64,000 bases of DNA from Acidobacteriota bacterium (GTDB taxonomy: Bacteria; Acidobacteriota; Terriglobia; Terriglobales; SCQP01). The first letter of the stretch is position 1, and each line of letters starts with the position of its first letter. The notes beneath the pieces are model-generated. The model saw only the letters and a list, made by a program, of their open reading frames with translations, was not told the DNA's origin and ran no database searches. Where the stretch lies: NCBI GenBank assembly GCA_004299485.1, contig SCQP01000007.1:142623-206622 (forward strand). The letters are read 5' to 3'. The position numbers and the translations under genes are program-made. Positions 10,708-20,780 of this stretch are shown one piece after another.

Positions 10708-11364
10708 TTAGGCGATATTGATGACCTTGTTCTGAATGGCCCAGCGCACCAGTTGCGCTTTATTGTGGATGTCGAGCTTGCGCATGAGATTGAACTTGTG
10801 CGCTTCCACCGTCTTGGTGCTCAGGTTCAGGTGCACCGCAATTTCCTTGACCGACAGACCCTCGGCGAGCAGCTTGACGGTTTCGCGCTCGCGCGGGGTG
10901 AGCGTGGCCAGGCGCGGCTTGAAGCCCTCGGCGGGGTTACGCCCGACGCCGTCCGGCACCATCTTGGCCACGATGCGCGGGCTCAAATATTTCCCGCCGC
11001 GGCGCACCTCGCGCAAGGCGCCGATCAGGTGCTCCGCGGGGCTGTCCTTGAGCAGATAGCCGGAACCGCCGGCTTCCAGACACTGCTGCAGATAATCCTC
11101 GTCGTCATACATGCTCAGAAAAACGACCTTGGTTTCCGGACGCCGCTTGCGAATCTGGCGCACCGCCTCAAAGCTGGGCAAGCCGGGCATGCCGATATCC
11201 ATCAGCACCAGATCCGGCCGCAGCTCCGCGGCTTTCGCTATGGCTTCGCTGCCGTTCTGGGCTTCGCCCACCACCTGCATGTCGTACTGGGCTTCGAGCA
11301 GCGTCTTCAGGCCCTGGCGGAACAGAGTGTGGTCATCAGTGAGGAGTAAACGCATTTTCATCAT
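10708..11364 (-). CDS. NarL/FixJ-family response regulator (REC + LuxR HTH)
   Basis: 218 aa. LLLTDDHTLFRQGL...DLVLMDIGMPGL...LTPRERETVKLLAEGLSVKEIAVHLNLSTKTVEAHK. Confidence 0.9.
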   Translation of the reverse strand: MMKMRLLLTDDHTLFRQGLKTLLEAQYDMQVVGEAQNGSEAIAKAAELRPDLVLMDIGMPGLPSFEAVRQIRKRRPETKVVFLSMYDDEDYLQQCLEAGGSGYLLKDSPAEHLIGALREVRRGGKYLSPRIVAKMVPDGVGRNPAEGFKPRLATLTPRERETVKLLAEGLSVKEIAVHLNLSTKTVEAHKFNLMRKLDIHNKAQLVRWAIQNKVINIA

Positions 11365-11370
11365 GGGAGA

Positions 11371-13002
11371 TCAATGCACACGGGCGGCGCGCGCGCTGGC
11401 GGCGGCCGTCAGGGGAATATGCAGCCGCAGGCAGACCCCGCGGCCGGGCTGCGAGTGCAGCTCGAAGCGGCCGCCGGCCAGGCGGATGCGCTCGCGCATG
11501 CCCACCAGGCCGAAGCCCGGGCTGGCCGGCGCGCCTTCAGGCATGCCGATGCCGTCGTCCGCGAGCTGGACGGTGATGGCGTTGCCGGCGGCAGTGATGC
11601 CCAGGCGCACGTTGCGGGCCTGGGCATGGCGGGCGACGTTGCGCAGCCCCTCGAGCACCACGCGATAGAGCAGAATTTCGTGACGGCGGTCGAGGTGCAG
11701 GCCGTTCAGGGCAAATTGAAAGCGGGTGTGCCAGTGTTGCTGCGCACGCAGACGCTGCAGCTCGCGGCGCAGCGTGGCCTCGAGGCCGAGCTCATCCAGC
11801 ACGAGCGGGGAGAGCTCGGCCAGGATGCGGCGCAGTTCGCCCACGCTGGTATCTACCAGCGCCACGCCTTTTTCCAGCCATTTGCGGGTGGTCGGGGTGG
11901 GACCGGCGTGCAGCGCCATTTCCAGGTAGAGCCGCAGGGCCAGCAGCGCCTGCCCGGTTTCATCGTGCAGGTCGCGGCTGATGCGCCGGCGCTCTTCATC
12001 GTGGGCTTCGAGCAGCCGGCGCGACAACGCCGTCGCCCGCACCTGCTCCCGCTGCAGCCGTTCGCGCATGCGCGTGCGCTCGATCGCTAACGTCGAGCGC
12101 TCGGCCAGCGCCAGGAGGAGATCCTTCTCCTTGGGCAGGCATTCGTAGACGCGGTCAAACGCCACCGTCAACACCCCCTGCACTTCCGCGCCATCGCGCA
12201 GCGGCACCGCCCAGACGGATTTGATGTCCAGCTCCCGGTAAAAGGGTTGCGCTACCCGCGGGTCATCGGCCGCATTCAGCACGAATCCAGGTTCACCCGT
12301 GCGCAGCACCCCCAGGAAGAACGAGCCCACGCCGGCGTGATCCAGAATCATTTCGGGCGCAAAACCGAACGTGGCCGCATGTTGCAGGCGCGGAGGGCTT
12401 GCCCCCCGGTTCGGGTGCTCGAGCAGCAGAATCTCGCCATAGCGCAACGGAAACAAGCGCGCAGCCTGCTGCAGCAGGCGGTCAAGAAGCTGATTGAGAT
12501 TGGCGGCGCTGAGCTCCACGTCGAGCACCGACAGCAGCGCTTCGACCGCGCGGCCTTGGGTCGCCACATAAGCGTCGGCCACAGCCGCCTGCGTCTCGTG
12601 CTGCAAGCGGTCCTGTGCAGCAGTCGCCGCCGGCTCACCCAGGCTGGGCACGAGGAAGGCAATCCCCAGCGGTCGGAATGCGGCAAAGGCCGCATGCACC
12701 ATGTCCAGCGGAACATTGAGCTTGGCCAGACGCACCGCCGTGTACTGCACGTGCTCGCGCCAGATTTCCCAACCCCCGCTCGTCGCCTCCGGCCGGGGCA
12801 AAATGAGTTGTTCCAGGGTGCGCAGAGCGCGCGGGTGCAAGCCCGGGCTGGGATGGAAGCGGCGGCGCCATGCGGCCAGCAATTCGGCCGCATGTTCGCG
12901 CAGGCAGCGCTGTGCGTCTGCTAATTGCGGATCGGCGTCGGTCTTGTCCACGACGCGGAAATGCGAAGATGAGGGTACTGCCAAATTCACTACTGCACGC
13001 AA
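11371..13002 (-). CDS. GAF-domain sensor histidine kinase (HisKA_3 / HATPase_c, NarL-type partner)
   Basis: 543 aa. H-box ERRRISRDLHDETGQAL, C-terminal DDGIGMP...GFGLVGMRERI. 6 nt upstream of its response regulator. Confidence 0.88.
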   Translation of the reverse strand: MRAVVNLAVPSSSHFRVVDKTDADPQLADAQRCLREHAAELLAAWRRRFHPSPGLHPRALRTLEQLILPRPEATSGGWEIWREHVQYTAVRLAKLNVPLDMVHAAFAAFRPLGIAFLVPSLGEPAATAAQDRLQHETQAAVADAYVATQGRAVEALLSVLDVELSAANLNQLLDRLLQQAARLFPLRYGEILLLEHPNRGASPPRLQHAATFGFAPEMILDHAGVGSFFLGVLRTGEPGFVLNAADDPRVAQPFYRELDIKSVWAVPLRDGAEVQGVLTVAFDRVYECLPKEKDLLLALAERSTLAIERTRMRERLQREQVRATALSRRLLEAHDEERRRISRDLHDETGQALLALRLYLEMALHAGPTPTTRKWLEKGVALVDTSVGELRRILAELSPLVLDELGLEATLRRELQRLRAQQHWHTRFQFALNGLHLDRRHEILLYRVVLEGLRNVARHAQARNVRLGITAAGNAITVQLADDGIGMPEGAPASPGFGLVGMRERIRLAGGRFELHSQPGRGVCLRLHIPLTAAASARAARVH

Positions 13003-13087
13003 ACTGCCCTGAGGTGAGGCTACAACTTCTGAGCAGTATAACAGCTACACGCAAGGTACATACCTTATTGTTCGTAGTGCTAATCCG

Positions 13088-14035
13088 ATGCTCGGCTTAC
13101 TGCCTATCGCGCTGATTGTTGCCGGTCCGACCGCCAGCGGAAAGACATCGCTGGCGCTGGCCTTGGCCGAAAGTCTAAGTCCGCAGATCTCGTGCGAGAT
13201 CGTCAACTTCGACTCTGTTCAGCTCTATCGCGACTTCGATCTGGGCACGGCCAAGCCCAGCGCAGAAGATTTGGCGCGCGCGCGGCACCACTTGATTGGC
13301 GTTGCGGACGCACGGGCGCCATGGACCGCGGGTGAATACGCACGCCAGGCGCGGCCCGTGGTGGAGGCAATCCTCCAACGCGAGCGCCTGCCGATTCTGG
13401 TGGGAGGCACCGGCTTCTATCTGCGGGCCTTGCTGGAGGGACTTTCTGCGGCGCCCGGCAGCGATGCGGCACTGCGGCAGAAATTACGGCGGCGAACGCC
13501 GGAGCAATTACACCGCTTATTGCTGCGCCTTGATCCGGAGGCAGGCAAGCGCATTGCGGTACGCGATGCCAGCAAGGCCATTCGGGCCTTGGAGGTGCGT
13601 CTGCTGTCGGGACGGCCCATGGGCGAGGTGTGGAGCGATGCACCACCGCAACCCTGGCGCGAATTGCAAACGCTGCGTCTCGGCCTGGCGCCGGAGCGCG
13701 CGGCGCTATACGAACGCATCAACCGTCGCGCCAGTCATATGTTTGCCGGCGGCATTCAGGAGGAGACGCGGCGGCTGCTGGCGCAGTATCCGGCCGAGCT
13801 GCGCATCTGGACCTCGCACGGCTATAAGCAGGCCTGCGACATCGTGCTGCGCGGCGCCAATACTGCGGCCGCGCTGGCGGAAGCGGCACAGGAGCAGCGC
13901 CGCTACGCCAAGCGGCAATGGACGTGGTTCCGTGCCGACCGCGCGATGCACTGGCTCGCCGGTTTCGGCGATGACGCCGCGGTTCAGGCCGAAGCCCTCG
14001 CGCTCGCCCGCGCCGCGATACACAAAGATTGCTAA
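13088..14035 (+). CDS. miaA: tRNA dimethylallyltransferase
   Basis: 315 aa. P-loop AGPTASGKTSLAL, NFDSVQLYRDFDLGTAKPS, LVGGTGFYLRALL. Confidence 0.92.
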   Translation: MLGLLPIALIVAGPTASGKTSLALALAESLSPQISCEIVNFDSVQLYRDFDLGTAKPSAEDLARARHHLIGVADARAPWTAGEYARQARPVVEAILQRERLPILVGGTGFYLRALLEGLSAAPGSDAALRQKLRRRTPEQLHRLLLRLDPEAGKRIAVRDASKAIRALEVRLLSGRPMGEVWSDAPPQPWRELQTLRLGLAPERAALYERINRRASHMFAGGIQEETRRLLAQYPAELRIWTSHGYKQACDIVLRGANTAAALAEAAQEQRRYAKRQWTWFRADRAMHWLAGFGDDAAVQAEALALARAAIHKDC

Positions 14036-14057
14036 AATATACACACGAGGTGGCCCC

Positions 14058-14264
14058 ATGCGGACCAACATTGAAATCGACGACAGCCTGATGCGGCGGG
14101 CGATGCGTGCCGGCGGTATGCGCACCAAACGGGCGACCGTCGAGCAGGCTTTGCAACTGCTGATTCATGTGCGAGGTCAGGAGGCGTTCCTGAAAAGCTT
14201 CGGTGCGCGCCACATGATCGAAAATGTGCGCGAGCGGGAAAAGGCCCGTTCGGCGCGCGCCTGA
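14058..14264 (+). CDS. vapB: Type II antitoxin VapB (DUF2191-like)
   Basis: Internal ATG at 14058 in the frame of ORF 13296..14264. MRTNIEIDDSLMRRAMRAGGMRTKRATVEQALQLLI. GAGGTGG SD. ATGA overlap with the downstream PIN gene. Confidence 0.8.
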   Translation: MRTNIEIDDSLMRRAMRAGGMRTKRATVEQALQLLIHVRGQEAFLKSFGARHMIENVREREKARSARA

Positions 14265-14674
14265 TGGTCGTGGTGGATACCTCCGTGTTGGTCGATTGGG
14301 ATCGGGGCCGGTCGAACGCGGAAACCAATTGGCTGCGGAACCACCTGCAAGCAGAAGAGATCGCGATCACGGATCTCATCCTGTGCGAAGCCTTGCGCGG
14401 CTGCCGTGATGAGGCGCAGGCACGGCGGCTGGAGGGGTGGCTAGCGCTGTTTCGCCTCCTGCACGGCGCCAGCCCGGAACTGGCGCGCGACGCCGCCGCC
14501 AAGTACCGCACCTTGCGGCAGGCGGGCATAACCGTGGTCAGCATCGTCGACTGTCTGACCGCAGCCTTTTGCCTGCACGAGGGTCATTCCCTGTTGCATC
14601 GGGATCACGACTACGATGCCTTTGAGAAGCGCTTTGGGCTGGCGGTGATTCACCCCGGCGAGGCGCGGGCATAA
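14264..14674 (+). CDS. vapC: PIN-domain toxin VapC
   Basis: 136 aa. MVVVDTSVLVDW..., IVDCLTAAFCL..., HRDHDYD. Confidence 0.85.
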   Translation: MVVVDTSVLVDWDRGRSNAETNWLRNHLQAEEIAITDLILCEALRGCRDEAQARRLEGWLALFRLLHGASPELARDAAAKYRTLRQAGITVVSIVDCLTAAFCLHEGHSLLHRDHDYDAFEKRFGLAVIHPGEARA

Positions 14675-14684
14675 TAAAAGAGAG

Positions 14685-15674
14685 TTGTCGCCGCTCGCCG
14701 CACTCCCGCCTGAAAACGCAGCCGCTCCGCCGCATACTGGCCGGCGGCGCTTTGCCGTTTTCGCCTGGATTGTGCTCGCGTACAACGTGCTGGTAATTCT
14801 GTGGGGCACCTACGTGCGCGCGGCCGGAGCGGGCAACGGCTGTGGGCCGAACTGGCCGCTGTGCGATGGCCAGTTTTTGCCTTCGCATCCCAAAATCAAA
14901 ATGCTGATCGAGTTCGCGCACCGCGCCTCCAGCGGCGTGGACGTGATCCTGATCGTGGCGCTGATCGTGGGAGCGTTCTGGCTCTTTCCGCGCCGGCACG
15001 CCGTACGCCAAGGCGCCATCGCTTCGGGCGTGTTCATCGTGACCGAGGCGCTGCTCGGCGCGGCGCTGGTGCTGTTCGGCTGGGTCGGCACGAACACCTC
15101 GGCGGCGCGCGTTACCGCGGACTCCCTGCACCTCGCCAATACCCTCTGTCTGCTGGCCTGCGTGGCCATGACCGCGGCGTGGGCCTCGGGGCTGCCGGAA
15201 CTGCACTGGCAGGGCCAGCGGACGCGCGCCAAACTGCTGACTGGCGTCATCGGCGTTTTGCTGACCGCGATCTGCGGCGCCATGGCGGCGCTGGCCGACA
15301 CCATCTTCCCTTCCCAATCCCTGGCGGCGGGACTGCATGCGGATTTCTCCGGCACGACGGCGCTGCTCGAACGGCTGCGGGTGATTCATCCCGCGGTCGC
15401 CGTTCTGGTCGGACTGTATTTGCTCTGGCTGGTGCTCGACGGCCTGCCGCGGCCGCACACCGCAGCGGTGCGCCGCCTGGGCTATGGCTTGGCGGCGGCA
15501 GTGCTGCTGCAATGGGGCTGCGGCGCGCTCGACATTTTACTGCTGACGCCGGTCTGGATGCAGATTGCCCATCTGCTCACCGCCGATCTGCTCTGGCTAA
15601 CGCTGGTGCTCTATACGCTCGCCTGGTGGGCGAAGCCCGCCGTTGCGGCGGCGTCCGTTTCGACGGCGGTGTAG
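14685..15674 (+). CDS. ctaA: Heme A synthase (COX15/CtaA family)
   Basis: 329 aa, TTG start. VRAAGAGNGCGPNWPLCDGQ, IEFAHRASSG and a second IAHLL histidine region. 8 TM. Confidence 0.85.
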   Translation: MSPLAALPPENAAAPPHTGRRRFAVFAWIVLAYNVLVILWGTYVRAAGAGNGCGPNWPLCDGQFLPSHPKIKMLIEFAHRASSGVDVILIVALIVGAFWLFPRRHAVRQGAIASGVFIVTEALLGAALVLFGWVGTNTSAARVTADSLHLANTLCLLACVAMTAAWASGLPELHWQGQRTRAKLLTGVIGVLLTAICGAMAALADTIFPSQSLAAGLHADFSGTTALLERLRVIHPAVAVLVGLYLLWLVLDGLPRPHTAAVRRLGYGLAAAVLLQWGCGALDILLLTPVWMQIAHLLTADLLWLTLVLYTLAWWAKPAVAAASVSTAV

Positions 15675-15692
15675 TTGTGCTAGCGTGCAAAC

Positions 15693-17735
15693 ATGCACAA
15701 GCTGAGTTGCACGTTTTTGCTCGCCGCCGCAGTGGGGCTGGCAGGTTGCCATCAGGCCGCGACCGCCGCGCCCAAACCGCCCGATCCGCTGCGCGCCGAC
15801 TTGGACATGGCCGTGAGTCCCGCCCAGGACTTCTTCGACTACGCCAACGGTGGCTGGCTGAAAGCGCACCCGATTCCGGCGAGTGAGTCCTCCTGGGGCA
15901 TCGGCAACGAAGTGCAGGATGAAATCTGGGCACGGCTGCGCAGCCTCAGCGAACACGATGCCGTCGCGCATCCCGCCGCGGCCAGCGACGCGCAGAAGAT
16001 TGGCGACTTCTGGGCTACGGCGATCGACACCGCCCAGGCGAATGCGCAGGGCCTTGCGCCCATCGAGCCCTACCTGAAGCAGATTGACGGCATCCAGAGC
16101 GTGCCGCAGGCGCTGGCGGTTGCTGCGGCGCTGCGGCCCATCGGTGTGCGCGCGTTTTTCGGCATGAACGTTTCCCAGGACGAGAAGAACAGCGCACTGG
16201 AGTCGGTGCATCTCGAACAGGGCGGGCTGGGGCTGCCCAATCGCGATTTTTACTTCAGCAAAGTGCCCAGCATCGCCAAGCTGCGCACCGCCTATGGGGC
16301 CCATCTGGCGGCCGTGCTGCAACTGCTGGGCGACAACCCAGCACAGGCGGGCGCGGGCGCTGCCGCCGTCATGAAGTTGGAGACGGCGCTGGCGCAGGGC
16401 TCGCGCACTGACGAGCAACTGCAGGATCCCTACAAGAACTACCACCCCATGACGCCTGCGGCGCTGACCGCACGCTACACGCCTGGCATCCGCTGGCGCC
16501 AGGAGCTGGCCGGCTGGAAGCTGCCGGCGAAAACCGTCATCGTCGGCCAGCCGGAATTTTTCCGCGCTCTGCAAACCGCGCTGCGCACCACCCCGGTTGC
16601 GGTGCTGCGCGATTATCTGAAGCTGCATCTGCTGGCCAGCTACGCGCCCTATCTGGGCGGCAAGTTCGAGCAGGCGCATTTCGATTTCTACAACCGCGAG
16701 CTGCGCGGCCAGCAGCAGCCGCGTCCGCTGTGGAAGCGGGCGCTGGGCGCGGAGAACCAGGCGCTGGGCATGGTGCTGGGCCGGGAGTACGTGCACCAAT
16801 ACGTCCCGCCCAGCGAAAAGCAGCGGTATACCAACCTGGTGGCGGCCATCCGCGCGGCCTTCGCGCGCCGCATCGCAGCGCTGACCTGGATGTCGCCGGC
16901 CACCAAAAAGCAGGCGCTGCTCAAGCTGGCGGCGGTGCACGCCAAGGTCGCCTATCCCGACAAGTGGAAAGATTACTCGACGCTCGCAATCAGTCGCGCC
17001 TCCTACGCCGGCAACATGATGAGCGCCGCGCGCTGGCGCTTCCACGACATGGTGGCGAAATTCGGCAAACCCGTCGACCACAGCGAATGGAACATGACGC
17101 CGCAGACGTATAACGCCTATTACAATCCCTCAGAAAACGAGATCGTGCTGCCGGCCGCGATGTTCGTCATCCCCGGCGTGCCCGATCAGGACCTCGACGA
17201 CGCCGTCGTCTACGGCTACGTCGGCGCCTCCACCATCGGCCATGAGATCACCCACGGCTCTGACGACCAGGGGCGGCTCTACGATGCCCAGGGCAACCTC
17301 AAGAACTGGTGGACCCCGCAGGACGCCAAAAACTTCCAGCAGCAGGCGGCGCTGATGGTCAAGCAGTTCGACAGCTATGAACCGCTGCCCGGATTGCACA
17401 TCCGCGGCCAGGCCTCGCTCGGCGAAAACATCGCCGACTACGGCGGCATTCTGATCGGCCTGAACGCCTTCGAGCAAACCGCGGAATATAAAGCGGGTAA
17501 CAAGATTGACGGCTTCACCCCGGTGCAGCGCTTCTTTCTGGGTTACGCGCTGGGCTGGCTTTCGCAGGAGCGGACAGCGAGCCTGCGCACGCAATTGCTC
17601 GACGACGTACATGCGCCCGCGAAGTACCGCGTCGACGGTCCCCTGTCGGACGTGCCCGCCTTCTACCAGGCCTTCGACGTGAAACCCGGCGACGCCATGT
17701 GGCGCCCGCCGAACGAGCGCCCGCACATCTGGTAG
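15693..17735 (+). CDS. M13-family zinc metallopeptidase (PepO / endothelin-converting-enzyme-like), lipoprotein
   Basis: 680 aa. Lipobox LAGC, HEITHGSDDQG (HExxH), ENIADYGG. Confidence 0.9.
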   Translation: MHKLSCTFLLAAAVGLAGCHQAATAAPKPPDPLRADLDMAVSPAQDFFDYANGGWLKAHPIPASESSWGIGNEVQDEIWARLRSLSEHDAVAHPAAASDAQKIGDFWATAIDTAQANAQGLAPIEPYLKQIDGIQSVPQALAVAAALRPIGVRAFFGMNVSQDEKNSALESVHLEQGGLGLPNRDFYFSKVPSIAKLRTAYGAHLAAVLQLLGDNPAQAGAGAAAVMKLETALAQGSRTDEQLQDPYKNYHPMTPAALTARYTPGIRWRQELAGWKLPAKTVIVGQPEFFRALQTALRTTPVAVLRDYLKLHLLASYAPYLGGKFEQAHFDFYNRELRGQQQPRPLWKRALGAENQALGMVLGREYVHQYVPPSEKQRYTNLVAAIRAAFARRIAALTWMSPATKKQALLKLAAVHAKVAYPDKWKDYSTLAISRASYAGNMMSAARWRFHDMVAKFGKPVDHSEWNMTPQTYNAYYNPSENEIVLPAAMFVIPGVPDQDLDDAVVYGYVGASTIGHEITHGSDDQGRLYDAQGNLKNWWTPQDAKNFQQQAALMVKQFDSYEPLPGLHIRGQASLGENIADYGGILIGLNAFEQTAEYKAGNKIDGFTPVQRFFLGYALGWLSQERTASLRTQLLDDVHAPAKYRVDGPLSDVPAFYQAFDVKPGDAMWRPPNERPHIW

Positions 17736-17813
17736 TGCGCGGTCACGCCGTGCGCTGGATTCAGGCTGGCTTCAGGCGGCGCGTCGCAAGCTCGGAGCAG
17801 GAGGTGCATTCTC

Positions 17814-18278
17814 ATGCACGGAAAACTGCAAGGAGCTTTGCTTACGGGTTTGGCGTTGTTGTGCGGCGTGGCACTGTGGGCGCAGGACAAGCCGGTGAAG
17901 ATGGCGAGTCTGCCAGCGCCGGTGCAGGCCACGGTGAAGGCCCAATTGGCCCAGGGTGCGCATCTGCGCGGCCTGACGACGGATATGGAAAACGGTCAGC
18001 GCGAATATGAAGCCGAGCTTACAGTCAACGGTCGTCACCGCGACATCGCCATGAACGCGGCGGGGCAGATCACCGAACAGGAAGATACGGTTCACCTGGC
18101 GTCGTTGCCGGCGGCGGCGCAGGCGGCGCTGCGGCATGATGGCCGGGTGCTGCATGTCGAGCGCGTGACGCACAACGGCCAGTTCGTGGCCTATGAAGCG
18201 GTGGTGCGCCAGCCGGACGGCAAGCGCACGGAGGTGCGCGTCAATCAGGCCGGACACGCCCTGCCTGATAATGGCTAA
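17814..18278 (+). CDS. Secreted PepSY-like (beta-lactamase-inhibitor-like) two-repeat protein
   Basis: 154 aa. Signal peptide, then two LP..VQ/AQ...YE..V repeats typical of PepSY_like. Confidence 0.6.
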   Translation: MHGKLQGALLTGLALLCGVALWAQDKPVKMASLPAPVQATVKAQLAQGAHLRGLTTDMENGQREYEAELTVNGRHRDIAMNAAGQITEQEDTVHLASLPAAAQAALRHDGRVLHVERVTHNGQFVAYEAVVRQPDGKRTEVRVNQAGHALPDNG

Positions 18279-19735
18279 TCCCAAAGGTCGCGCTGTTGAA
18301 GCCGCACGAGCGAGAGGGGCGGCATATAGATGCCGGTGAAATCGCGCGCCCACCAGGCGCCGGTGGCGCGCTTTTCTTCCGGTGTGGTGAAGCGATAACG
18401 GTAATAGAGCGCGCGGACGAAGGCGGGGCGCTGCCGGCCGAAGGGCGCCTGCCGCAATAAGCGCAGCGCGGGCGCGTCGGCGGCGAGCAGCTTGGCGACG
18501 AAGCGCAGGAACCAGATTTCGTGGCCGGGAATCAGCAGGCCCTCGCGGCCCAGACGCACGGAGAACGGCAGAAACCACATTGCCCAGTCCAGGCGCAGAT
18601 GCCAGGGGGCGATCTGCGGCGGGCGGCGATGCGGGTCGCCGGGCTTGGCGCGGAATTCGTATTCGCTCCATTGCGTCGTGCTGCTGAGCACGGCGTCAAG
18701 CGTGGCTTCCAGCACCACTTCGTAACGTACGCGCGTGATCGAACCAAACGCGCCATAGGAGCCGACCAGGTGAAACGGATTGTAACTGCGATTCATGGCC
18801 TGGCGCTCGGAGAAGAAATTCCGCACCGGTCCGACGCTGGCAGCGATGGTAAATGCCGCGAGCACCAGTAGCACCACCAAAAACGCCAGCGGCACGGGCC
18901 ACGAGGCCGGCGCCGCGAAGCCGAGCGTCAGGTCGCTGAACGCGGAGAAACCGAGAATGACCGTCAGCCAGTTCAGCCAGGAATAATTGCCGCTGACGAT
19001 AAGCAAAAGCTGGTGCAAAATCGCCAGGCCGCCGCAGATGGCCGCGACCGGCTGCGGCGCAAACAGCCCGAAGGGCACGACGATCTGCACGAAATGGCTG
19101 AACAGCACCGACTGGCGCTGCATGCGGTGGGGAAAGCGGTGAAACCAGCGGCTGCAGGGGTTGGGCAGCGGCTGGGTTTCGTAATGGTAGTACAGGCAGG
19201 TGAGGTCGCGCCAGCAGGGATCGTGGCGCAGCTTGATCAGGCCGGCACCGAGCTCGGTGCGGAACAGCATCCAGCGCAGAATCAGGATCGGGATCAGGGG
19301 CGCGCGCATCCAGCCGGGACCGAGAAAGGCGGCGAAAAAGCCGGCTTCGAGCAGCATCGACTCCCAGCCGAAGGCGTAGAAGTTCTGGCCGATGTTGACA
19401 ATTGAAAGATAGAGAAACCACAACACGAGCCAGATGACGACGGAAACCCAGACTGGCCCGCGCTCGGCGATGCCTGCGAGCGCCAGCGCCGCCAGGAGGA
19501 TGCCCGTCCAGGCGACGGCGCGCAGCAGCCGGTCCGAATAGCGCCAATGAAACAGGCTGGGGTTACCCCAGAAGTTTTGGCCTTCCAGGAATTTTGGCGC
19601 CGGCAGCAAGCCGCGCTCGCCCAGCAGCGCCGGAAATTGCCGCAGTGCCCCCGCGAAGGCGATCAGGTAAAGGATGGCGAGACCGCGCTGGATCAGCAGG
19701 CGCGGCAGCGCCACCGTGCCGAAATAGCCGTGCAT
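18275..19735 (-). CDS. Lipase maturation factor (LMF1-like) family membrane protein
   Basis: 486 aa. N-terminal LLIQRGLAILYLIAFAGALRQFPALLGERGLLP and a polytopic profile resemble the LMF family. Confidence 0.7.
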   Translation of the reverse strand: MHGYFGTVALPRLLIQRGLAILYLIAFAGALRQFPALLGERGLLPAPKFLEGQNFWGNPSLFHWRYSDRLLRAVAWTGILLAALALAGIAERGPVWVSVVIWLVLWFLYLSIVNIGQNFYAFGWESMLLEAGFFAAFLGPGWMRAPLIPILILRWMLFRTELGAGLIKLRHDPCWRDLTCLYYHYETQPLPNPCSRWFHRFPHRMQRQSVLFSHFVQIVVPFGLFAPQPVAAICGGLAILHQLLLIVSGNYSWLNWLTVILGFSAFSDLTLGFAAPASWPVPLAFLVVLLVLAAFTIAASVGPVRNFFSERQAMNRSYNPFHLVGSYGAFGSITRVRYEVVLEATLDAVLSSTTQWSEYEFRAKPGDPHRRPPQIAPWHLRLDWAMWFLPFSVRLGREGLLIPGHEIWFLRFVAKLLAADAPALRLLRQAPFGRQRPAFVRALYYRYRFTTPEEKRATGAWWARDFTGIYMPPLSLVRLQQRDLWD

Positions 19736-19738
19736 TCC

Positions 19739-20701
19739 TTAAGGAACGAGCACGATTTTGCCGCGCGCGCCCGCCGCCATCACCGCGCGATGGGCTTCGG
19801 CGGCTTCGGCCAGCGGCAGCTCGCGACCGACGACCGGGCGCAGCGTGCCGTCGCGCAGGCCCGCGACGAGGCCGGCATGGATTTCGCGCAGCTCGACGTC
19901 GGTTGCACCCCAAAGCGTGAAGCCGAGAATCTTGCCGCGCCGGCCCATCAGGTCGCGCGGCGAAATGGTGACGTCGCCGCGTGAGCCGATCACCACCACG
20001 CGGCCCTCGCGCGCCAGCAACTTCAGGTCCGCGCCCAGGTTCACGTTGGCGAGCATCTCCAGGATCACATCGACGCCGCGGCCGCCGGTGGCTTCGAGTA
20101 TCTGCTGCTGGTATCCGGCCTGCGCGTGGTCGAACACCCGCGCGGCGCCTTCGCGTTTCACCAGCTCGCGTCCGGCTTGGCTGCCGGCCGTGGCCAGCAC
20201 CGTCAAACCCAGCGCCCGGGCCAGTTGCACTGCAGCAATGCCGACGCCGCCGCTGGCGCCATGCACCAGCACGGTTTCGCCGGCATGCACGCGCGCCTGT
20301 TGCACCAGCGCGTGGTACGCCGTGCCGTAGGGAACGCCAACCGCGGCGCCCTGCGCGAAGCTGACGTTTTCCGGCAGCGGATGCACCTGCGCCTGCTCGG
20401 CCACGGCGAACTCCCCATAGCCCCCGCCCGCCATGCCCGCGGTGTAAACCCGTTCGCCCGCACGCACGCCGTTCACGCCTGCACCCACAGCTTCGACGAT
20501 CCCGGCGGCATCGCCTCCGGGCGTATAGGGCAGCGCCGGCTTGATAGCGTACGTGCCGGTGCGGATGTAGGTGTCGTACGGATTCACCCCGCCGGCCTTG
20601 ACCCGCACCAGCACCTGCCCCGCGCCCGGCTGCGGCTGCGGCGTCTCCGCCAGCCGCAACACCTCCGGCCCGCCAAATTCCTTGACTACGATGGCTTTCA
20701 T
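19739..20701 (-). CDS. qor: NADPH:quinone oxidoreductase (zeta-crystallin-like MDR)
   Basis: 320 aa. MKAIVVKEFGGPEVLRL...VKAGGVNPYDTYIRTG...HGASGGVGIAAVQLA. Confidence 0.8.
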   Translation of the reverse strand: MKAIVVKEFGGPEVLRLAETPQPQPGAGQVLVRVKAGGVNPYDTYIRTGTYAIKPALPYTPGGDAAGIVEAVGAGVNGVRAGERVYTAGMAGGGYGEFAVAEQAQVHPLPENVSFAQGAAVGVPYGTAYHALVQQARVHAGETVLVHGASGGVGIAAVQLARALGLTVLATAGSQAGRELVKREGAARVFDHAQAGYQQQILEATGGRGVDVILEMLANVNLGADLKLLAREGRVVVIGSRGDVTISPRDLMGRRGKILGFTLWGATDVELREIHAGLVAGLRDGTLRPVVGRELPLAEAAEAHRAVMAAGARGKIVLVP

Positions 20702-20721
20702 GTCCCCTCCTGCCCAAAATT

Positions 20722-20753
20722 ATTGCACCCTGTCTGGTTGGACAGGGTGCAAT
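20722..20753 (-). terminator. Rho-independent terminator candidate downstream of the FecR/DUF6600 gene
   Basis: Perfect 13-bp inverted repeat ATTGCACCCTGTC / GACAGGGTGCAAT with a 6-nt loop. On the minus strand it is followed by AATTTTGGG. Confidence 0.55.
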
Positions 20754-20780
20754 ATCGCTTACCAGGTGGAGACGGATTGC

